In this document: in pieces, positions 35,804 to 43,316 of the stretch
Layout of the letters: every line of letters starts with the position of its first letter
How positions within the stretch are numbered: the stretch's first letter is position 1
Source: Planctomycetota bacterium
Lineage (GTDB): Bacteria > Planctomycetota > UBA1135 > UBA2386
Assembly: GCA_021776805.1 (NCBI GenBank)
Contig: JAJFFD010000210.1
Span: forward strand, 6,908 to 70,907
Reading direction: 5' to 3'
Length of the DNA: 64,000 nt
Position numbers and translations under genes: made by a program
The notes under the pieces: model-generated
Database searches by the model: none
Seen by the model: only the letters and a program-made list of their open reading frames with translations
Told to the model about the DNA's origin: nothing

Positions 35804-37168
35804 TCATCTTGGAATCGGCGGGAGTCCGGAGAGAGCCGAACCCTGGCTTTGCAGCCGACTCAGTAGGATTTCCATCTTGGAAAAGCGATCGGTGAGCTGG
35901 ATCTCCTTCTTTTCGAGTCGATCCTCTGCTCTTTCGATCTGTCGATTGAGGTCCTTGACGCTGCGCTCGATGCCATCTGTGCGGACCTTGATCAGGCCAT
36001 CGACGAAGTCTGTGTAGACGTCGATCTGCTCGCTGAGGACCTTGGCGAGACCATCGGTCTGGTTGGAGAAGAGGTCTCTGACCTGGAGCTCGTCCGTGCT
36101 AAGAGCCTCTTCGAAGTCAGTCTTGTTGAAGGTCAGGCGCCCGTCGCGATCTGATTCGATACCCACCTGGCTGAGCAGTTGGAAGCTTGGATCGTTGGCG
36201 GGGACCAGGCGTCCCAATGCTGAGCGCAGCCCGGAGCGAATACTACGGACAGTGGAATCACCAAAGAGCGGGCTGTCGCTCTGCCCTTCTTCGTCAACTG
36301 TCGACTGAGCGGCAAAGAAGTCGAGGACCTCGTTGTACTTGTCTACCAGTTCCTGGATCTTCTCCGAGGTTGCTTCCGCATCGGGGGTGACCGTCACCTT
36401 CGTGGGCGTGGCACCGCTGATGCCTTTGAGCTCCAAGGTCACGCCCGGAACAAGATCTGAGATGGTGTTCGTTGACCTGAAGACAGTGACCCCGTTGTAG
36501 GTCAGTTGCGCATCAGAGCCGGCTGTGATGGTGTTGGCTTCAGTTTCGTTGAGGAGATTAACCAATTCCGATGGTCCGAGATCTCCAGAGACTGTGAAGC
36601 TACCGTCGGCTCCTGGTGCCGTGCTGGTCAGAATCAACTGGAAGGGATCGCTTGGAGTGCCGGTATCGATGACCTGAGCGCGGACCTCGAGATCGGTGAT
36701 GCCATTGATAGCGCTGGCGACTCCGTCCAGACTTGCTGCGTTCACCGTCGTGCTGAAGCTGCTGCCATCGGGCATGTCGAAGAAGATCGTGCCCGTGAAG
36801 TCTGGAGTGTCCTTGCTAGCTCGTCCGAGGCTCGCTTTGGTCTCGGCGGCAGCCAGTTGCTGGATGGCGATGTCGAAGGTGCCGCTGATGGCGCCAGTGC
36901 CTGCGCTTGCGGTGAGATAATCTTCGACGTCGGTTGCGGCGGAGAAGTCCAAGAAGTTTGGCGCCAGCTTGATGGCGTCCGCGGCTTCTTGCAGGCCCTT
37001 GAGCTTCTCCTCCAAGGAGTTAAAGAGGCTCTTGCTCCTGTTGAAGCCGATCTTCTTGGACTCGAGGGCGTCAATCGGACGGCGCTCTACTGCGAGCAAA
37101 GCCGAAATGATCGCCTGCGTGTCCAAGCCGGAGGCAAGGCCTCCGAAGCTGATTCCTGAGGTGGACAT
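35804..37168 (-). CDS. fliD: Flagellar filament cap protein FliD
   Basis: 454 aa from ATG 37168, preceded by GAGGAAG. The N-terminus reads ISFGGLASGLDTQAIISALLAVERRPI. The C-terminal coiled coil IQLTDRFSKMEILLSRLQSQGSAL is characteristic of FliD. Confidence 0.9.
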   Translation of the reverse strand: MSTSGISFGGLASGLDTQAIISALLAVERRPIDALESKKIGFNRSKSLFNSLEEKLKGLQEAADAIKLAPNFLDFSAATDVEDYLTASAGTGAISGTFDIAIQQLAAAETKASLGRASKDTPDFTGTIFFDMPDGSSFSTTVNAASLDGVASAINGITDLEVRAQVIDTGTPSDPFQLILTSTAPGADGSFTVSGDLGPSELVNLLNETEANTITAGSDAQLTYNGVTVFRSTNTISDLVPGVTLELKGISGATPTKVTVTPDAEATSEKIQELVDKYNEVLDFFAAQSTVDEEGQSDSPLFGDSTVRSIRSGLRSALGRLVPANDPSFQLLSQVGIESDRDGRLTFNKTDFEEALSTDELQVRDLFSNQTDGLAKVLSEQIDVYTDFVDGLIKVRTDGIERSVKDLNRQIERAEDRLEKKEIQLTDRFSKMEILLSRLQSQGSALSGLPPIPR

Positions 37169-37288
37169 AGGTTCTTCCTCAGGACTAGATCGGAATACTG
37201 TCACCCTGCACTTGACCTTGTGGTGGCCAGATGCGGGTTCAGCAGTCTGCTGTCGAGATAGACAACAGCCGGCCACTCAGGGCGGAGC

Positions 37289-38116
37289 TCAGGCCAGCAG
37301 TGTCAGCGCCAGGCTGGGGTGGCTGTTCGCCTGGGCGAGGATCGAGATACTGGCCTGTTGCAGGATGCTGTTTCTGGTCAGCATGGATGTCTCGAAGGCG
37401 ATGTCTACGTCCCGTATTCGGCTGTTGGCTTCGCTGAGGATCTGGCTCTGGCCGGAGAGATAGTCGATGGTCGAGTTCAGGCGGTTTTGCATCCCACCCA
37501 ATCTGCCTCGGATGCTGCCCAGGGAATCGATAGCGGCATCCACCGCGGTGATTGCCCCAGCCGCGTCGCCGCCGCTACCGATGTCCAGGCTGTCGATCCC
37601 CAGGGTGGTGTCGGAGAGTGCATCCACGTTGACGTCCACTGTGTCAACGCCGGCACTGGTCCCGGTGCCCACCTGAAAGGTCACGCTGCTGGCGCTGCCA
37701 TCGAAGAGGCTGATCCCAGCAAACTCGGTGGAAGCTCCTATGCGATCGATTTCGCTGACCAAGGATTGGAACTCCGCGTCCAGCGTCTCTTGATCCTGGG
37801 TTGAAGTGGTGCCATTGGCGGATTGCACAGCAAGCTCGCGTAGGCGAATGAGGAGATTGCTCACTTCTCCCAGGGCACCTTCTGCAGTCTGGAGAAGGGA
37901 AACCCCTTGATTGGCATTCCGCCCGGCCTGGTCTAGGGAGCGAATCTGCGCTCTCAGCCTTTCTGAGATGGCAAGGCCAGCGGGGTCATCGGCGGCTCTG
38001 GTGATCCTCAGCCCACTGGCGAGGCGTTGGAAGTTCCGACTCAGATCGCGGTTCGTCCTCGTCAAGCTGCTTTGGACGATCAGCGAAGCCGTATTGGTGT
38101 TGATTCGAAGTCCCAT
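37289..38116 (-). CDS. fliC: Flagellin (minimal, D0/D1-only, 275 aa)
   Basis: The N-terminus reads MGLRINTNTASLIVQSSL...RLASGLRITRAADDPAGLAISERL. The C-terminus reads NRLNSTIDYL...RIRDVDIAFETSMLTRNSILQQASISILAQAN. Confidence 0.95.
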   Translation of the reverse strand: MGLRINTNTASLIVQSSLTRTNRDLSRNFQRLASGLRITRAADDPAGLAISERLRAQIRSLDQAGRNANQGVSLLQTAEGALGEVSNLLIRLRELAVQSANGTTSTQDQETLDAEFQSLVSEIDRIGASTEFAGISLFDGSASSVTFQVGTGTSAGVDTVDVNVDALSDTTLGIDSLDIGSGGDAAGAITAVDAAIDSLGSIRGRLGGMQNRLNSTIDYLSGQSQILSEANSRIRDVDIAFETSMLTRNSILQQASISILAQANSHPSLALTLLA

Positions 38117-38363
38117 GTCTTCTCCCGTTCATGCTGGCTGAATCAACATCGGCAGAGGGGCGCGGGTCAACTTGAGGTGGATTCGTACAGGCTGCGAGCC
38201 TTTGCGGCGATTCTGCACAACCCTCCACTATGGCGGCCTTCTTGGCCTATGCCTCGAGGAGGGAATTCGTGCCTGCCAAGCAGCCCTTAACGAGGAAGAG
38301 CGGCCGGGAAGGACTCCCGGTCGCTCTTCTTGACGTAGCTTGCCCGCGTGGGCAACCGGTCTA

Positions 38364-39188
38364 CTACAGCAGCTGGAGAGCTGACTGCGGGGCGGCGTTA
38401 GCCTGGGCGAGGATCGAGATGCTGGCCTGCTGCAGGATGTTGTTCCTGGTCAGTTCAGAGGTCTCGAATGCAACGTCCACATCGCGGATGCGGCTGTTGG
38501 CGGCCGAGAGGTTCTCGATCTTGTTGTCCAGATTGCTAATGGTCGAGTTGAGGCGGTTTTGCACAGCGCCCAGACGGCCACGGATACTGGAGACCGAGTT
38601 GATGGCGGCATCGACTGCGGTGATGGCGGCGTTCGTATCGCCGGTGGCGCCGATGTCCAGGGTGTTGAGACCCAGGGTGGTATCGGAGACCGAGGCGACA
38701 GTCACGTCGATGGTATCGACGCCGGCGGTGGTGCCTGCTCCGACCTGGAAGGTCACGGTGCTGGCGCTGCCGTCGAAGAGATTGACACCGTTGAACTCGC
38801 TCGAGCTGCCGATGCGGTCGATTTCGCTGACTAGGGAGGCGAACTCCTGCTGCAGCGTGTCCTGGTCAGCTCCGGCGAAGGTGCCGTTGGCGGACTGGAT
38901 GGAGAGCTCGCGCAGACGCACGAGAATGTTGCTGACCTCGTTCAAGGCACCTTCGGCGGTCTGCACGAAGGAGATGCCATCGTTGGCATTGCGCTTGTTC
39001 TGCTGCGATGAACGAATCTGAGCCTTCATGCGCTCAGAGATGGCCAAGCCGGCGGCGTCGTCGGCGGCGGTGCTGATGCGGAGGCCAGTAGCCAGACGAC
39101 GGAAGTTGCCTTCCAGACGGCCGTTGACCTGTGAGAGATTCCGCTGGGTATTCAGCGATGCGACGTTGGTATTGACTCTGAGTCCCAT
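38364..39188 (-). CDS. fliC: Flagellin paralogue (274 aa)
   Basis: The sequence runs MGLRVNTNVASLNTQRNL...RIRDVDVAFETSELTRNNILQQASISILAQAN. It is about 69% identical to the neighbouring flagellin over an ungapped hand alignment. Confidence 0.95.
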   Translation of the reverse strand: MGLRVNTNVASLNTQRNLSQVNGRLEGNFRRLATGLRISTAADDAAGLAISERMKAQIRSSQQNKRNANDGISFVQTAEGALNEVSNILVRLRELSIQSANGTFAGADQDTLQQEFASLVSEIDRIGSSSEFNGVNLFDGSASTVTFQVGAGTTAGVDTIDVTVASVSDTTLGLNTLDIGATGDTNAAITAVDAAINSVSSIRGRLGAVQNRLNSTISNLDNKIENLSAANSRIRDVDVAFETSELTRNNILQQASISILAQANAAPQSALQLL

Positions 39189-39442
39189 ATTCCCCTGTGC
39201 TCCTTGGTGTTTATCTGAAGTTGCTTCGCGGGCGAGTGTTAGTCGTCACCGCATGATCCGGCGGAACTGTCCAGTCCTTGAGGAATGGAGGCCTCGAGGC
39301 GCCACTTTTTTCACCGAAATCAGAGAACTGACCAAAAGGCGGACAGCCCATCGTGCCGAAAGACTCCTTGGCAAGGTGCTCTGCGGTGTTCACGCCAATG
39401 CAGCAAGCGCCCGCAGAAATCCCCAACAGTCGAGGTCGGCAA

Positions 39443-40864
39443 ATGAAGAACCTGAACTACCCCGGACTTCCCAGGATCCTGGTCATCGATGATGAAGACG
39501 GCATCCGCGAAGGTCTGCGTACACTTCTGCAGAGCGAAGGCGTAAGCGTCGAGACGGCAAAGAGTGCCGAGGACGGAATCCAACGCGTCAAGCAGAAGAA
39601 CTTTGATGTCATCATTCTGGACATCAATCTCCCCGGTGCGGATGGACTTTCCATACTCTCCTCTCTTCGCACCAATTCGAGCCCGGCAGATGTCGTGGTT
39701 CTCACCGGTTACGGCACCGTTGCCAATACCGTTGAAGCGATGCGCAAGGGAGCGACCGATGTCATCGAGAAGCCCTTCACTCACGACCGCATGTTGGCGG
39801 TGATTCGGCGCTGCCTGGAGACTCGTCAACTCAAGAACGAGCTGACCTGGCTGCATGATCGTGTCCGTGAGTTGACCGCGACCGAGTTGATCGGCCTATC
39901 TCCTTCTATCCGCGAGGTGCAGACCCTGATCGATCAGGTTGCCCACGCTCCCGATACCACCGTGCTTGTCACTGGTCAGAGTGGAACCGGCAAGGAGCTG
40001 GTTGCCCGATGTGTCCATGAGCACAGCAATCGGCGTCATGGGCCCTTCGTCGCCATCAACTGTGCGGCGCTGAACGAGAATCTCCTAGAAGCGGAGCTCT
40101 TCGGCTACGAGGCCGGCTCCTTTACTGGTGCCAACAAGGAAGGCAAGCAAGGCCTCTTCGCCATGGCCGCAGGCGGCACGCTCTTCCTGGACGAGATTGG
40201 CGAGATGGAGAAGACTCTCCAAGCCAAGCTCCTGCGAGTTCTTCAGGAGCGGACCTTCCGTCGCGTCGGTGGTGTCCAAGATATCGCCGCTGATGTTCGC
40301 ATTATCGCCAGCACGAATCGTGACCTGCGCAGCGAGGTCGATGGGGGGCGCTTCCGCGAGGACCTCTTCTATCGCCTCAATGTGATGACCATCGAAGTGC
40401 CGCCCTTGGCGGAAAGGCAGCAGGACATCCCGCTCCTCGCCCACTACTTCTTGGACCAGTTCGGTCGCCAAATGGGCAAGAGCCTCACCGGCTTCACCGA
40501 AGAATCCACGGAGACCCTCTGCGAATATCGCTGGCCAGGCAACATTCGCGAGCTCAAGAACGCTATCGAGCACGCTTCGATCGTCTGCCCCGGTGGGATG
40601 ATCGATGAATGCCACCTGCCGAAGTTCTCTGGCGGTGCTGTGGACGGAAGCGATGCGATCGCCAGGAACGTCATCGTTCTCGAGGGTGCAGACTGCTCGA
40701 TTCGGAATCTCGAGAGCCAATTGGTTGGTCGAGTACTCGAGATGACCAAGTGGAACATCAGCCGTGCTGCTTCCATGCTGGGCATCAATAGAACGACGCT
40801 CTACAACAAGATCCGCCTATACAACCTGGGGTCACGCCCCAGCCGTGCACAGGTCAGCGTGTAA
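39443..40864 (+). CDS. Sigma-54-dependent response regulator (REC + AAA+ EBP + Fis-type HTH)
   Basis: 473 aa from ATG 39443. The REC domain has its acceptor Asp in DVIILDINLPG. The AAA+ domain has Walker A GQSGTGKE, the sigma-54 contact loop GSFTGA and Walker B LFLDEIGE. The C-terminal HTH reads ISRAASMLGINRTTLYNKIR. Confidence 0.92.
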   Translation: MKNLNYPGLPRILVIDDEDGIREGLRTLLQSEGVSVETAKSAEDGIQRVKQKNFDVIILDINLPGADGLSILSSLRTNSSPADVVVLTGYGTVANTVEAMRKGATDVIEKPFTHDRMLAVIRRCLETRQLKNELTWLHDRVRELTATELIGLSPSIREVQTLIDQVAHAPDTTVLVTGQSGTGKELVARCVHEHSNRRHGPFVAINCAALNENLLEAELFGYEAGSFTGANKEGKQGLFAMAAGGTLFLDEIGEMEKTLQAKLLRVLQERTFRRVGGVQDIAADVRIIASTNRDLRSEVDGGRFREDLFYRLNVMTIEVPPLAERQQDIPLLAHYFLDQFGRQMGKSLTGFTEESTETLCEYRWPGNIRELKNAIEHASIVCPGGMIDECHLPKFSGGAVDGSDAIARNVIVLEGADCSIRNLESQLVGRVLEMTKWNISRAASMLGINRTTLYNKIRLYNLGSRPSRAQVSV

Positions 40865-41541
40865 TGACCTTGCCCGCCGGCACGAGCGAGCGGCGCTTAT
40901 GCGCCATCCTCGGTCATGAACTGCGAAACCCTCTGGCATCCGCCATGGTCAGCATGTCCGTGGTCGAAGAGATGACCGCTGCAGGAGATCCGCGAGGAGC
41001 CTTCCTGCAGCGGGCTCGCACTGACCTGGAGCGACTCTCGAGCTTGCTCAGCAGCTACCTCGACTTCGGTAGGGCTGCTGAGAGCTCCAAGCACGAGGCC
41101 CTCGACTTGCGCGAGTTGCTTGACCAGCGCTGTGGACAGCAGGCCAAGCCAACTCTCGCGCTGAGGCTGCCCATCGATCCGGTCACAATCGAGGCTGATC
41201 CAGGCTTGCTCGGACGTGCCATCGACAATGTCCTCGAGAACGCTTTCGCCATGGGTGCTGAACGAGTCGAGGTCGATCTCAAAGAAGACGGGGGCCGGGC
41301 GGTCCTGCGAATTCGTGATGACGGCCCCGGAGTACCCGCGAAGCTTCGCGACAACTTGTTCAAGCCCTTTGTCTCCGGGCGAGGTAGTAGCGGCCTTGGT
41401 TTGGCGCTCAGCCGGGAGTTGCTAGCTGCCCACGGTGGCAGCATAGAACTCGAAGCTACGGTGACCGGCGCATGTTTCAGGATCCTGCTGCCTGTCAAGG
41501 TCGAACAGGAAGCTGAACTTGCAGTCGCTACATCCCTCTGA
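40864..41541 (+). CDS. Sensor-less soluble histidine kinase (HisKA + HATPase_c only)
   Basis: 225 aa. The ATG overlaps the upstream TAA (TAATG). It has H-box LGHELRNPL, N-box NVLENAF, G1 DDGPGV and G2 GSSGLGLALS. There is no TM segment and no sensory domain before the H-box. Confidence 0.85.
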   Translation: MTLPAGTSERRLCAILGHELRNPLASAMVSMSVVEEMTAAGDPRGAFLQRARTDLERLSSLLSSYLDFGRAAESSKHEALDLRELLDQRCGQQAKPTLALRLPIDPVTIEADPGLLGRAIDNVLENAFAMGAERVEVDLKEDGGRAVLRIRDDGPGVPAKLRDNLFKPFVSGRGSSGLGLALSRELLAAHGGSIELEATVTGACFRILLPVKVEQEAELAVATSL

Positions 41542-41546
41542 AGAAC

Positions 41547-42431
41547 ATGAAGATTCTGTTCGTCGATGATGAGGAAGGTATCCGTGAGGGCTGTAGCTCC
41601 TACCTTCGGCTGAAGGGCCACACGGTGCGCAGCGCCGCCAGCCTTGGATCTGCGCTCGGCGACCTCGTCGAGGATGAGTTTGACCTGGTCGTCAGTGATT
41701 GGCGTCTTGGAGAGGAACTCGCGAGGGATCTGATTGCCGCGGCTACATGTCCATGCATCGTGGTCAGCGGGTTCCCAGAAGAAGTGACTGGCTGTTCCCC
41801 TGGAGTGCACGTGCTCGCCAAACCCATGCCCATGGACCTTCTCCTGCGAACTATCGAAGCCTTGGACTCCTCAGAAGGCGGCGAGGAAGAGTCTGCGGTC
41901 GCCTCCGACTGGGAGCGGGACCTACCCGGTGACGCTGCCGATCGAGTCCGACTCGTCCTGACCTTGGCCGGTGAGAAAGGCGCAGAGGGTCGGATCAGCG
42001 ATGATGGAAATCTCATCACGTTGCGGATTCCCTGGTCCGGAACGGAGGCTGCCCTCGCCCAGATCGAAACACTCGGTGGCGATCTGCGAGTCCTGGCTGA
42101 CGAAGCGGAGACCACTCTCGAATACCGCGTCCGCCGCGATGGCTGCCCGGAGGGCTTCTCTGGACCCTTGGGGCCTGAGACGCCATGGCCGGAGAATGCC
42201 AGATCCCTGGCCATCGATCTCCACCGGGCGAAGGAAATGCGCCCCGACACCTTCCTCGATCTGCTGGATCGATGCCGTGCTGCGGAGGCGGAGGGTCGGG
42301 AAATCTGCCTGCTCAATGTCCCGACTCATCTGAGCCTTTTCGCCGATGCCTTGGGAAGAACCGGCGATTTGCCGAAAAGAAGAAGGGCAGGTCCAAGCCT
42401 GCCAGAAGTCCTCAGCGAACTGTGGGGGTGA
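41547..42431 (+). CDS. Response-regulator receiver fused to a STAS-like (anti-sigma antagonist-like) C-terminal domain
   Basis: 294 aa. The REC domain reads MKILFVDDEEGIREG...FDLVVSDWRLGE...VLAKP. The C-terminus LAIDLHRAKEMRPDTFLDLLDRCRAAEAEGREICLLNVPTHLSLFADALGRTGDL follows the STAS pattern (vviDls.v.fidS.gl..L......g..l.L.gv...v...l...gl). REC confidence is high. STAS confidence is moderate. Confidence 0.7.
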   Translation: MKILFVDDEEGIREGCSSYLRLKGHTVRSAASLGSALGDLVEDEFDLVVSDWRLGEELARDLIAAATCPCIVVSGFPEEVTGCSPGVHVLAKPMPMDLLLRTIEALDSSEGGEEESAVASDWERDLPGDAADRVRLVLTLAGEKGAEGRISDDGNLITLRIPWSGTEAALAQIETLGGDLRVLADEAETTLEYRVRRDGCPEGFSGPLGPETPWPENARSLAIDLHRAKEMRPDTFLDLLDRCRAAEAEGREICLLNVPTHLSLFADALGRTGDLPKRRRAGPSLPEVLSELWG

Positions 42432-42434
42432 GCC

Positions 42435-43316
42435 TTGAGCAAGGAACTAGACGAAAGCCAGAAGGCTTCTGATGAGCCAGAGATCGAGGGCGAGTCTACG
42501 CCTGGAAAGATTGCTCCTGAGGCTGAGGAATTGCATGGTCTGATGCAGGAGGAGCCTCTCGCCGATCAGGCGGAGCGACTCGACCAGGAAGCACTGGCCG
42601 CAGCGGAAGCGGCCCTTGCTGCAGGCGAGCTCAGTTTGGGCGAACTTACCTCGGAGCTCGAAACTGCAGAAGAGGAAGTGGTCCCGGAATCCGAGCCCAG
42701 CTGGATTCTGCGTGGTCTGCTCATTCTCAATTTGCTGCTGATGGTGGTGATGATGTCCCTGCCCGAGGCCGCGCCGCCAGCAGAGCCTGAGACTCCCAGC
42801 ACAAGCAATCAACCGGCCGAGAACCCAGTTGCCCAGATCGAAGAGCAAGACCCCTTTGTTTCGCCACCGATGGAGAGCAGGAATGTCTTCGGTGATGCCG
42901 GTATGCGTGCGATCGAGCTTGCTGGGGAAGGCAACTTCAAAGCTGCCATCCGTGTCCTCGAAGACTGGATGCAGGGTGAAGGTGCCAAGGATCCGGACTT
43001 TCTCAAGCGTCAGAACTATGCCGCGCTCAGCCGCTATAGCTGGAAGGTCGGAAATCACGAGGCCGCGGCCAAGTACGACAACCTTGCCGAGAGCCTGCAC
43101 AGCTATTTGAAGCTGCCAGCTCAGTTGTTTCGCGAGGCAGAGGAAGCGGAAGCGAGAGGAGATGGGCGACTCATGCGCCAGGCCTACGCCCGCCTTCTCC
43201 TCGTGCAAAGCCAGGTCTCGCCATCCGATTTCGACAGAATCACCGCAGCCTACTTGAAGCTCGCTGACTCCTTCCGACTCGAGGCGCGACAAGCCGAGAA
43301 GGAGGCGGGCAAATGA
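42435..43316 (+). CDS. Bitopic membrane protein: acidic cytoplasmic N-terminus, one TM, periplasmic helical (TPR-like) domain
   Basis: 293 aa with a TTG start 4 nt after the upstream stop. It has a Glu/Asp-rich N-terminus, a TM (WILRGLLILNLLLMVVMMSL), a Pro-rich linker and then helical repeats (AIELAGEGNFKAAIRVLEDWM...). Confidence 0.55.
   Translation: MSKELDESQKASDEPEIEGESTPGKIAPEAEELHGLMQEEPLADQAERLDQEALAAAEAALAAGELSLGELTSELETAEEEVVPESEPSWILRGLLILNLLLMVVMMSLPEAAPPAEPETPSTSNQPAENPVAQIEEQDPFVSPPMESRNVFGDAGMRAIELAGEGNFKAAIRVLEDWMQGEGAKDPDFLKRQNYAALSRYSWKVGNHEAAAKYDNLAESLHSYLKLPAQLFREAEEAEARGDGRLMRQAYARLLLVQSQVSPSDFDRITAAYLKLADSFRLEARQAEKEAGK

Noticed and set aside
38340-38355. Short hairpin TTGCCC-GCGT-GGGCAA just after the flagellin 2 stop. 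There is a similar 6-bp hairpin, CGTGGC-TCGAG-GCCACG, at 35053-35069 between the TPR gene and the fliT-like gene.
   Set aside because: The stems are only 6 bp with no convincing U-tract. This is too weak to annotate as terminators, although they may contribute to 3'-end formation.
38230-39021. 263-aa ORF on the plus strand covering most of flagellin 2
   Set aside because: It is antisense to an unmistakable flagellin gene. Its translation is Ala/Arg/Ser-rich low-complexity sequence typical of the reverse frame of GC-rich genes, and it has no recognisable motif.
39368-39384. Sigma-54-like TTGGCAAGGTGCTCTGC upstream of the first sigma-54 activator gene
   Set aside because: There are 11 nt between the GG and GC dinucleotides instead of the invariant 10. 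Sigma-54 promoters do not tolerate spacing changes.
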